Shown here piece after piece: positions 25,505-36,431 of a stretch of 64,000 bases of DNA. The number at the start of each line of letters is the position of its first letter. Within the stretch, counting starts at the first letter, position 1. The notes below the pieces were generated by a model. It was given only the letters and a program-made list of their open reading frames with translations, was not told where the DNA came from and did not search any database. A program made the position numbers and the translations under genes. The stretch is from contig NC_043019.1 in the NCBI RefSeq assembly GCF_006345805.1, positions 3,472,001 through 3,536,000 of the forward strand. The letters run 5' to 3'. This DNA is from Octopus sinensis. Taxonomy: Eukaryota.

Positions 25505-25720
25505 ATGGTTGGTTGAAATTTACAGAAAACAAAAAAAAACAAAACACGAAGATGGGTGCGTAAACAACAAACAGATGTATTACTTTGACGCCGGGAAAGT
25601 GAGAAAGTCTTTTACGTTTCGAGCCTATGCTCTTCAACAGAAAGGAACACGAGAAAATAAACAGAGAGACAAAATAAAAAAAAAACGTTAGTTGCTATCG
25701 ATCACTCATGGTGTGTATAC
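25505..25720 (-). mobile_element. Short element with hammerhead-like motif, copy 1 (inverted)
   Basis: Minus strand reads CCTTT-CTGTTGA-A-GAGCatagGCTC-GAAA-CGT-A-AAAGA (25645-25608). Confidence 0.65.
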
Positions 25721-26041
25721 ACACACACACACACACACACGTATCTATATTTTTTTTTAATAAACCTGCTAAACATCACAAAACTTACTCAGTGTTTCAT
25801 ATTTCCGTCGACCGACAGTTGCGTATGCATAATAATGCTTAGTCTTTCGGCTCATGCTGTATGTCGTTATTTTAACTTGTACAATAGTTTGACCACTACA
25901 TACATATATCCATCCATCAATCTACACACACACACACACACCACACACACACACACACCACATATATATATATATATATATATATATACATGCATGCATA
26001 CGTACATACATACGTACATACATACATAAAAGTATATATAT

Positions 26042-26219
26042 TACCATGATAGATCGTTAGACGCTACACACATTTTTTTCCTCTCCTTGTTTTTTTTTCT
26101 GTGTCTCTTTCTGTAGAAGAGCGTAGGCTCGAAACGTAAAAGACTTTTTCTATTCCTGAGCGTTATACTAATACATCTGTTTGTTTTGTACACCACCTGT
26201 CTTCGTCTTTTGTTTTTTC

Positions 26220-26222
<3 letters not shown>
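26042..26222 (+). mobile_element. Short (TA)n-associated element with hammerhead-like motif, copy 2
   Basis: TCTTT-CTGTAGA-A-GAGCgtagGCTC-GAAA-CGT-A-AAAGA at 26106-26143. About 180 bp, with two other copies within 1.5 kb. Confidence 0.7.
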
Positions 26223-26255
<33 letters not shown>

Positions 26256-26335
26256 CAAGGATATCCAGAGGTAACGCAGTACGATCGTTTCATGCGACTT
26301 CATTTAACTAAACACAGACAAACATTATACCTATA

Positions 26336-26411
<76 letters not shown>

Positions 26412-26428
26412 CTATAATATATATATAT

Positions 26429-26464
<36 letters not shown>

Positions 26465-26467
26465 ATA

Positions 26468-26703
26468 CAGTGTGTTCAAAAAGTCTCTCCGCAGCAAGTA
26501 TTTTACTGCGAAATGAATATTTATAAGATTGTATAAAACTACGGAAAGAATATGACATTACACGACTTTAAAACAAAAAACCTTTATAAGAGGTGTTGAA
26601 AGTGTCGTCCTTCATTTTCGATATATAAGTTGACCTTCTACACCTGTTTTGAAATACACCTTGGAGAAAAAATTCACTGCGGAGAAACTTTTTGAACACC
26701 CTA
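26468..26703. mobile_element. Tc1/mariner-type MITE
   Basis: About 27-bp TIRs CAGTGTGTTCAAAAAGTCTCTCCGCAG and CTGCGGAGAAACTTTTTGAACACCCTA, with TA flanks. Confidence 0.8.
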
Positions 26704-26751
26704 TATATATATATATATTTGTGTATGTGTGTGGTGTGTGTGTGTGTGTGG

Positions 26752-26782
<31 letters not shown>

Positions 26783-26804
26783 TGTGTGTGTGTGTGTTGT
26801 GTTG

Positions 26805-26986
26805 CGTGTGTGTGTAGCCACACACACATTTTTTTCTCTCCTTGTTTCTTTCTGTGTTCCTTTCTGTGGAAGAGCGTAGGCTCGAAACGTAAAATACTTT
26901 TTCAATTCTCGAGCGTTATACTATACATCTGTTTGTTTTCTACACCACTTGTCTTCGTCTTTTGATTTTTTTCGTGAAATCTCCCT
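26805..26986 (+). mobile_element. Short (TA)n-associated element with hammerhead-like motif, copy 3
   Basis: Core CTGTGGA at 26864-26870, same stem II and GAAACGTA. Ends in (TA)n. Confidence 0.65.
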
Positions 26987-27755
26987 ATATATATATATAT
27001 ATATATATATGTTAGATACCTCGTATCTAATCAATACCGACGTACTTTCATGAAACACGTGTAGTCTTATAAACGGAAAATACAGGATTCAGAATAGATA
27101 TAGTTTGCATACGATTTAATTTTTAACATGTTATGGAGTGGTGGGTATAAAACCTGTCAGTGTTGATTGAGTTGAAGGTGGTTCTGCCTCTAAAATTACT
27201 TATATATATTCGCTTGTTGTTTGTTCCTTCTCGAGCCACACTTGGCGTATAGTTTGCCCACCTGAACGAAACATCGATCCGTCGCACGAGAGCTGCAAGA
27301 TGCAGGAGGAAAGTACGAGAGAAAGTTGTGACGAAAGAATCAGCAGAAGTTCGCAATTACTTTCTGCCAGAGCCGCGTGTTTCGCTCATAAACACACACA
27401 CATCGCCTGTTCTCAGATTCGAACCCGCGATGCCTCGACCGCGAGTCCGCTGCTCTAACCACTAGACCATGTGCGTCCACTCCAATTTTGTTTTCTCCGT
27501 TAAATTTCGATATAATCATCATCTATACCACATGATAAGTATTTCTTAAAATTTTCGTCAAGAAAATAACAACTTTTCTCAAACTTATGAGGAGACAAAA
27601 TTGGATCGTGTGAATTATACGAGGCTCCTCCACACAACCACTCGACAAAGATTTTCACAACAAATTTTATGAATAGAAAATTTCATTAAAAATACACATT
27701 TTTCCGAAAGTCATGAGGAAATAAAGCCAGGGAGAGACTTTTGCGTTGGTAGACA

Positions 27756-27786
<31 letters not shown>

Positions 27787-27819
27787 TGTATGTATGTATG
27801 TATGTATGTATGTATGTAT

Positions 27820-28080
27820 ACACCATACTAATCATATCTGTCGGGCATGTAGAAGAGAGTGTAATTCGGCAGGAGGACATAAACGACATGCAAAGGTACA
27901 TGAAGCCCAGTTACAACTACAGCCGGCTTTTGCCGGTAAAGGTTTTAGTTGCCAATTCTGTACAAGACATTGTAGATCTTTAGCTGGGCTAAAAAGTCAC
28001 ATACGATCACAGCACCAATAGCAGTTAAGCTTCGTGCAATGGCCATACTCGATAACGAGGGGGCTGCCATCATGTATGTA
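27820..28080 (+). mobile_element. RTE-type LINE 3' end with two C2H2-like knuckles and (ATGT)n tail
   Basis: CRACRRECNSAGGHKRHAKVH and CQFCTRHCRSLAGLKSHIRSQH-stop, short 3' UTR, (ATGT)n on both sides. Confidence 0.75.
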
Positions 28081-28719
28081 TGTATGTATGTATGTATGTA
28101 TGTATGTATGTATGTACGCGTGTGTGTGTGTATGTCTGTCTGTCTGTCTGTCTGTATGTATGTATGTATTATGTATGTATGTGTGTGTATGTATGTATGT
28201 GTGTATGTATGTATGTATGTGTTTGTATGTATGTAGGTATATATATCAATGTGCGTATGTGTGTATATGTATATGTATATGCATATGTGTGTATGTTTGA
28301 CTGTATACATGAGGGTATATACATACATACATACATACTTACGTATATGCATGCATACATACATACATGCGTACATACATACATACATGCATACATACAT
28401 ATATACATACATACATACATGCAAACATATCTGTGTATATATATGTAACATAGCATAATATAATATAATATATGTGAAAAAAATTATTCACAGTTGAAAA
28501 TAACTCTTAATGTCTTCACACTTGATAAAATTCTTCAAAATAAATGAATACATAAGTTAATAAATAGATTTACCGATGATCGATAAATCAATAATAGGTA
28601 AAATTTACCTGCCAACTGCAAGAATTCGACAAAGACGAAACATTTGAACCACACAGCAGCTGTCTTAGAGCTCTTCATTCCAGTAGACCGAAATTAAAAG
28701 TTAACAAACGGTAATAAAT

Positions 28720-28752
<33 letters not shown>

Positions 28753-29071
28753 ATTTCTCTCTCTCTTCCTGTCTCTTTCTCTCTTCCTCTCTCTCTATCT
28801 TCCTGTCTCTCTCTTCCTCTCTCTCTCTCTCTGTCTCTTTGATTCGCACATATACATTTATACAAATATAAACGCATACATACATATGCGTGTGTATATG
28901 TATATGGGTTCACACACACATACACATATCTACCATATCTACGTATATACATACATGTGTGTGAGTGTGTCTATATGTATACACACACACACACATACGC
29001 ACATACACACCCACACACCCATACCCACCCACACCCACACACACACACACAACACACACATACAAACACAA

Positions 29072-29109
<38 letters not shown>

Positions 29110-29606
29110 TTACATATGCGTACATATTTACACGCACTTTCACAAAGATACACACCTCAACAAACACCCAAGTACCCACCCCGTTTCCCTTGTCATTATA
29201 GTCACTTTCCTTCCACCCGTTTCCCAGGTGCGAGAAGGTAGATATTCGTGTTGTATACCCAGATCTACCTGTCAATTTTGTCACATCAAACCGTTGTTGT
29301 TGTTGTTATTGTTGTTATTGTAGCGGCTTCTTTGTTACTGTTTGTTGTTGTCATACATTTTGTTAGTACTATTGTTGTTATTGCTGCTGTTGTTGTTGTT
29401 GTTGTTGTTGTTGTTTTTGTATTTCTGTTGTTGAGGTTTACGTTGTTGTTTTATTTGTGTTTTAGTTCCTGTTGATGTTGGTTGTGTTGCTATATTTGTT
29501 GTTATTGTCCCCTCTATGTTTAGCCCCTTGTGGGTAGTAAACAAATATATATTTGTTGTTGTTGTTGTTCATGCCTTTGTTGTTGTTGATATTGTTGATG
29601 TTCTAA

Positions 29607-30208
29607 GGCGGCGAGCTGGCAGAACCGGTAGCACGCCGGGCGAAATGCTTTGCAGTATTTCGTCTGCCGCTACGTTCTGAGTTCAAATTCCGCTGAGGTC
29701 GACTTTGCCTGTCATCCTTTCAGGGTTGATAAATTAAGTACCAGTTATGTACTGGGGTTGATGTAATCGACTTAATCCGTTTGTCTGTCCTTGTTTGTCC
29801 CCTCAGTGTTTAGCCCCTTGTGGGTAGTAAACAAATAGGTATTTCGTCTTGTATCTTTGCGTTCTGGGTTCAAATTCCGCCGAGATCGACTTTGCCTTTC
29901 ATCCTTTCGGGGTCGATTAAATAAGTACCAGTTACGCACTGGGGTCGATATAATCGACTTAATCCGTTTGTCTGTCCTTGTTTGTCCTCTCTGTGTTTAG
30001 CCCCTTGTGGGTAGTAAAGAAATAGGTATTTCATCTGCTTCCACGTTCTAAGTTCAAATTCCACCGAGGTCGACTTTGCCTTTCATCCTTTCGGGGTCGA
30101 TAAATTAAGTACCAGTTACGCACTGGGGTCGATATAATCGACTTAATCCGTTTGTCTGTCCTTGTTTGTCCCTTCTGTGTTTAGCCCTTTGTGGGTAGTA
30201 AAGAAATA
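29607..30208 (+). mobile_element. SINE family A, three-unit array
   Basis: Head GGCGGCGAGCTGGCAGAA with B-box GAGTTCAAATTCC. Units start at 29838 and 30025. 15-bp TSD GATATTGTTGATGTT at 29588-29602 and 30209-30223. Confidence 0.9.
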
Positions 30209-30859
30209 GATATTGTTGATGTTGTCATCATCGTCATCACTATTTTTGTTGCTCTTGCATAATTGACCTCGGCGAAATTTGAACTCAGAACATAAAGACT
30301 GTCGAAATGCCGCTAAACATTTTGCTCGGCGTGCTAACGATTCTGCCATCACGCTGCTTTTCTAGGCCCATTGTATGGAAGCCATTGTAAACCTTTTCCC
30401 TAATTACCATAAAATCTTTATTCGTTTTGGTTTTTACAGCATAATAATTGTTTTAATTTTGCATAAATGATCGAATCCGATCGAGTAGACTTATAATCAG
30501 GTGCATCCAACCATGCCCTCCCCTATATACCTTTAATTTTTTTGATGGTAGTGTGTAATTTGAGATATTATTTAACAGCTATTTCCAGCAGGTGGAGAGA
30601 CTGCATAGAACCGAGGCCTTTAACCACCGAGCCGCACAGAATAAATACATTTTCAAATTTTATTTCTATTTTATGAACCATCACAGTCTGCAGGGTATTT
30701 TTACACTATAAATATTATAAATACTATAAATATATATTATATATATATGTAATATATATGTATATTATATAAGTAATACATATGCATTATATACGTATTG
30801 TATATAAATTGTATATGTAATAATAATTTCATATTATGTACTTTATTGGGTTTTGTTAT

Positions 30860-30962
30860 GCGCGTGATCATTCGGTCCGTGAAAAAATTGTTCTGCATGA
30901 AACCAGTCCATGGGGCAAAAAAAAAAAAAATTAAAATTAAAAAATAAGTTTGGGAATCACTG
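30860..30962 (+). mobile_element. Possible hAT-type MITE right end
   Basis: GGTCCGTGAAAAAATTG...AAGTTTGGGAATCACTG resembles hAT/Charlie-type termini. Left end not found. Confidence 0.35.
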
Positions 30963-31199
30963 TCATAAGAGCATCATTTCCCAAACATTATATTCTTAGG
31001 GAACCATTGAACGAAAAATTTATGCCGCAGGGGACACCTGCCGAAGAATTATTTCATATCTGTATTACCGTAAATCTTCGAGTATAGTCCGCCCTAATTT
31101 GAACTCAGAACGTAGAGGCAGACGAAATACCGCTTAGCATTTCGCCCGGCGTGATAACGATTCTGTCAGCTCGCCGCCTTCATTATAATAAACCTTTAC

Positions 31200-31348
31200 G
31201 GCGAAGGTAAAAAATACGCACATCTGGTGTTTAGCGTTAGGGTTAGGGTTTAGGGTTAGGGTTTAGGGTTAGGGTTTAGGGTTAGGGTTAGTGTTAGGGT
31301 TATGGTTTCGCCGAAAACGAGTGGTGTGCGTATTCTTTACTTCTGCTC
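31200..31348. repeat. Interstitial TTAGGG/TTTAGGG array within imperfect inverted repeats
   Basis: About 12 telomere-type units (31231-31306) between GGCGAAGGTAAAAAATACGCACA and TGTGCGTATTCTTTACTTCTGCT. Confidence 0.7.
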
Positions 31349-32359
31349 CTTTGCACAATAAACACAAGGTCTGAAATTTTAGGAGGAGGATAGGTCGACC
31401 ACATCGACCCCCCACCCCCGTGCTTGACTGGTACTTATCTCATCGACCCCAAAAGATGAAAGACAAGAAAAGTTAACCTAACTGGGATTTGAACTCGGGA
31501 TGTAGAGAGCCGGAAGAAATACCGATGCGTTAACGATTCTGCCTGCTCACCTCCTTCCATGAATATATTAAACTACGAATACGGAACTAAACATAAAAAT
31601 TACTCAAATTACTCATTTGCATATAATTAGCCAACCTGTCCCTATATCTTACCGCTGTACGCTAGGGTGCTTAGGAAACCCATATTGAAAGAAACGCTGG
31701 GTAGAGACTACCCTCATTAATTCATATATTTGTCTGTTTTATCTTTTGCAGTTGTTGTCGCTTGAATTTAATTCCAATTTACTCATTTAATAGTTAATTA
31801 ACCACTATTTATTTATTTGTTTATTTATTTATTAACTAAGGCCAGTCTACTTTCTTGTGACAATCAACCAACTAAATCAACAATGGACAGATTCAGATCT
31901 TTTCCTCTTTGAAATCACACCGCAGTGAAAGACAAATAAACAAACAAAACGTTATTCGAGTATTTTTGCACGAAATAATCAAAGTATTGGATTACAAGGT
32001 TAACAATCTTTAATGATTGGCTTTCACTGAAGTTGTGCAGTCTCATTCAACAGTGGTCAATGCAGGCCTGCGGTTTCCATTGTTGTGAAGTCAGATGGTA
32101 TTCACAGTTCTGTTGGTGTGCTCTGTCGGCACCGTGTCCTTTGTAGTTTCTTCTATGATATTTCCTTCTCTTTTATTTAGACACAGTATCTCGGACTGCT
32201 TTGACTAATGTTTCCTTTCTTGAAAAAATAAAAAAAAAAAGGAAAATGAAAAAAAAAAACGGTGGGGAAAGCAGTTTGAAGGAAATTTGACTGCTATTTC
32301 TAGATGTTCGGAGGACAGCGTTGATCAATGGTTTACAACATCTCGCGATAGTTTAGTGT

Positions 32360-32396
32360 CTCGCGATAGCTCAGTTGGTAGCGCGGAGGACTGTAG
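32360..32396 (+). pseudogene. tRNA-Tyr(GTA) 5' exon fragment (nt 1-37)
   Basis: CTCGCGA-TA-GCTC-AGTTGGTA-GCGC-G-GAGGA-CT-GTA-G matches the eukaryotic tRNA-Tyr 5' half and stops at position 37. There is no 3' half. Confidence 0.8.
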
Positions 32397-32403
32397 TTTT
32401 AAA

Positions 32404-33322
32404 GGCGGCGGGCTGGTATTTTGTCTGCCGCTACGTTCTGAGTTCAAATTCTGCCGAGGTCGGCTTTGCCTTTCATCCTTTCGGGGTCGATTAAGTAAGT
32501 GCCAGTTACGCACTGGGGTCGATATAATCGACTTAATCCATTTGTCTGCCCTTGTTTGTCCTCTCTGTGTTTAGCCCCTTGTGGGTAGCAAAGAAATAGG
32601 TATTTCGTCTGCCGCTACGTTCTGAGTTCAAATTCCGCCGAGGTCGACTTTGCCTTTTATCCTTTCGGGGTCGATTAAGTAAGTACCAGTTACGCACTGG
32701 GGTCAATATTATTGACTTAATCCCTTTGTCTGTCCTTGTTTGTCCTCTCTGTGTTTAGCCCCTTGTGGGTAGCAAAGAAATAGGTATTTCGTCTGCCGTT
32801 ACGTTCTGAGTTCAAATTCTGCCGAGGTCGGCTTTGCCTTTCATCCTTTCGGGGTCGATTAAGTAAGTACCAGTTACGCACTGGAGTCAATATTATTGAC
32901 TTAATCCGTTTGTCTGTCCTTGTTTGTCCTCTCTGTGTTTAGCCCCTTGTGGGTAGCAAAGAAATAGGTATTTCGTCTGCCGCTACGTTCTGAGTTCAAA
33001 TTCTGCCGAGGTCGGCTTTGCTTTCATCCTTTCGGGGTCGATTAAGTAAGTACCAGTTACGCACTGGGGTCAATATTATTGACTTAATCCGTTTGTCTGT
33101 CCTTGTTTGTCCTCTCTGTGTTTAGCCCCTTGTGGGTAGCAAAGAAATAGGTATTTCGTCTGCCGCTACGTTCTGAGTTCAAATTCCGCCGAGGTCGACT
33201 TTGCTTTTTATCCTTTCGGGGTTGATCAAATAAGTACCAGTTACGATATAATCGACTTAATCCATTTGTCTGTCCTCGTTTGTCCTCTCTGTGTTTAGCC
33301 CCTTGGGGGTAGTAAAGAAATA
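32404..33322 (+). mobile_element. SINE family A, five-unit tandem array
   Basis: Truncated head, then units of about 184 bp starting at 32599, 32783, 32967 and 33150, each beginning GGTATTTCG after AAAGAAATA. 17-bp TSD GGTTTACAACATCTCGC at 32330-32346 and 33323-33339. Confidence 0.9.
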
Positions 33323-33564
33323 GGTTTACAACATCTCGCCTTCGTTCAAAATCAAAACTACTCGATAGCAATATCTCTAAAACCCTCTACGAAAAAAATA
33401 AAACGGAAAATGGAAGAGAAACAGTTTTACCCTTCAGAAATCGAATATAAGTTACATATTTATGAATTTGTAAAATTATGGATTCATTATTCATTTCAGA
33501 TTAATTTCTAAAAACTCTCTACGAATAAAATAAAACGGAAAAGGGAAGAGAAAACAGTTTTACC

Positions 33565-34565
33565 GGATCTTTTCGGTTTGAACGGCAGTTTTTTTCTAGC
33601 GGTTTACACGTAACTAAACACTTTTAAACTTCGTATACTGGTAGAATGTATTTATAAAACATATTTTTCTCTTGGCTTTCTTGAGAAAATTCTATAGTTT
33701 GTAAGATATTTGTTGTTTTTTTCCTTCAATTTCTGCAATTTCATCCAATCAATGACGTCTATTGAAGTAAAAAAGCATTCTGTGCCGTATGAATATGTCA
33801 CTCGTTTAAGAAACAGATTGGGTTTATTTACATTTGTGAAGCAGAAAAGTTACCCTTCAACCCACCCCTAACCCTAACTAATCCTAACCCTAAAACAGAT
33901 TGAAATGCAATAGATCGATACTAGGGTCATAATTATGGGTGACAATTTCATATGATACCGCTAGAAAAAACTGCCGTTTAAACCGAAAAGATCTGTTTTA
34001 CCCTTCAGAAATCGAATATAAGTTGCATATTTATGAATTTGTAAAATTATGGATTCATTATTCATTTCAGATTAATTTCTAAAAACTCTCTACGAATAAA
34101 ATAAAACGGAAAAGGGAAGAGAAAACAGTTTTACCGGATCTTTTCGGTTTGAACGGCAGTTTTTTTCTAGCGGTTTACACGTAACTAAACACTTTTAAAC
34201 TTCGTATACTGGTTAGAATGTATTTATAAAACATATTTTTCTCTTGGCTTTCTTGAGAAAATTCTATAGTTTGTAAGATATTTGTTGTTTTTTTCCTTCA
34301 ATTTCTGCAATTTCATCCAATCAATGACGTCTATTGAAGTAAAAAAGCATTCTGTGCCGTATGAATATGTCACTCGTTTAAGAAACAGATTGGGTTTATT
34401 TACATTTGTGAAGCAGAAAAGTTACCCTTCACCCACCCCTAACCCTAACTAATCCTAACCCTAAAACAGATTGAAATGCAATAGATCGATACTAGGGTCA
34501 TAATTATGGGTGACAATTTCATATGATACCGCTAGAAAAAACTGCCGTTTAAACCGAAAAGATCT
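33565..34565 (-). mobile_element. Two Merlin-like MITEs in a 571-bp tandem duplication
   Basis: 33565-33994 and 34136-34565, each flanked by GTTTTACC and separated by a 133-bp unit that is itself tandem. Confidence 0.9.
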
Positions 34566-35008
34566 GTTTTACCCTTCAGAAATCGAATATAAGTTGCATA
34601 TTTATGAATTTGTAAAATTATGGATTCATTATTTCTTTCTCAGCACAGATGTGGCCATACACGTGCCTTTATACTTCTAATTCACCTGCCACATATTCCA
34701 TGCATTTTAAATTCATCACATAGTCTTTCTTCTTCTAATTCACATCCATGTACTCTTAGAGTCCGCTGCCCTAACCACTGGGTCATTGCGCCTCCACCTG
34801 AAGAAGGCGGCTGTATCAACACCTTGAACACTCCCTGCTAAACATTGCTTGTCACAGCTAACTAGTTTGCAGAATACAGTCGGGACATTTGAAAGCTTGC
34901 TATGCAATAATGTTTTGCGTTGAACTGGACATTATTGCATAGCAATATTGTTTTGCGTTGAACTTGGCAAAAAACTCTTCAGAAACCTATCACTTGCTCC
35001 AGACTACT

Positions 35009-35041
<33 letters not shown>

Positions 35042-36430
35042 TGTGTACAGTGCTCAGGTGCACTACAACTCATCTAAAGTGTATATATAATCAGGTGTAG
35101 TTTCGGCGGATTTCGGAAAGCATGAGGGCCTTAAAGGATGCAGTGTCATGGCAGTCAACAACTGACGCAGGCAGTTTATTCCATGCTTCAGCAACTCTGA
35201 GCGTGAAAAAATGTTTCCGAAAGTCATGGGAGCTGTGTTATTTTCTGACTTTGTAGGCATGTCCACGTGTGTTAGACACATGGAGATCAAAAAGGTGTTC
35301 AGTGTTGTTGTTGGTGAGGTGGTTGATAACTTTGTGGGTGTTTACCAAGTCCGTCGCCAGACGCCGGAGCTTCAGTGAATCCATGCCCAGGGAAACAAGG
35401 CGCTCAGAATATGGTAGGTGTCTGATGGAGGGTATGCGTTTGGTTGCACGTCTCTGGACAGATTCCAGGAGGTCAATGTTCTGAGCAAGATAGGGGTTCC
35501 AAACTGATGATGCGAATTCCAAGTGTGGTCGTACCATAGCTGTATACAGTTTTAAATAGATGGCTGGAGAGCGGCTAACAAAAGTCTTGCTGAGTGATGC
35601 CAAACACCCTCGGCCTTCTTGACAATTTTAGAGATATGCTTTGTCCAACGCAAATCACTGCTGACAGTGATGCCTAGGTCACGCTCGCAGGAGGATTTCT
35701 TGATATCAGTGTTGTGGAGGGAGTATATGGACGCAGGGTTTTTTCTCCCAAAATGCATGGTGGTACACTTGTCCACAGCCAGTTTCAGTTGCCAGTCTGT
35801 GATCCATTGCTGCATTGTGTCTAGGTCTGATTGCAGGAAAGAGTTGTAGACATCAGGATCTGTCCTCTTGATTTCAAGGTACAGCTTGATGTCGTCTGCA
35901 TATTTCAATAATGTGGCATTCTTTAAATTGGCATCTATGTCATTAATGTATGCCACAAACAAGAGGGGACCAAGGACAGATCCCTGTGGTACACCCGATG
36001 ACATCTCATATGGTGTAGAATGCTGTCCTAGAACTGTGACTACCTCCTTTCGGCTGAGAATGAAGGATTTCAACCAGTTAAAAAGGTCATCCCTCACACC
36101 CATTGCAGAGAGTTTCACCATAAGCCTTTTGTGTGGCACAGAGTTGAAAGCCTTAGCAAAGTCAAGGTAGACAACATCCACCCATGAGCCACTGTCAGTG
36201 ATCTGAGTAATGTCCTCAAGGAACTCGACAAGCTGATCACTGCAGCTGGAGTTAGGGACAAATCCATATTGTGAGGGTCGGATGAGACTGTGAGAGCTCC
36301 AGAAGTTCCAGAGTGTTTCTCTGACACACGATTCCATCAGTTTTGCAATACAGCTAGTGAGACTGACTGGGCGATAGTTGACAGGTGATGTGCGGTCGCC
36401 CTTTTTGAACAGAGGAATGACACTGACACT
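35009..36430 (-). mobile_element. CR1-clade LINE, 5'-truncated ORF2 (reverse transcriptase) plus 3' end
   Basis: NYRPVSLTS, YLDFAKAFNSVPH, GVPQGSVLGPLLF and YADD motifs. One -1 frameshift near 35603 and one TAA at 35238; true stop at 35091; (ATT)n tail. Confidence 0.95.
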
Positions 36431-36431
36431 T

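Noticed and set aside
31231-31306. Chromosome end or fusion site
   Set aside because: Short, degenerate, single-orientation array inside inverted repeats, with ordinary sequence on both sides.
32404-33322. CRISPR-like or ribozyme-based (retrozyme) explanation for the 184-bp arrays
   Set aside because: Units are near-identical SINE bodies with no unique spacers, and I found no hammerhead core on either strand.
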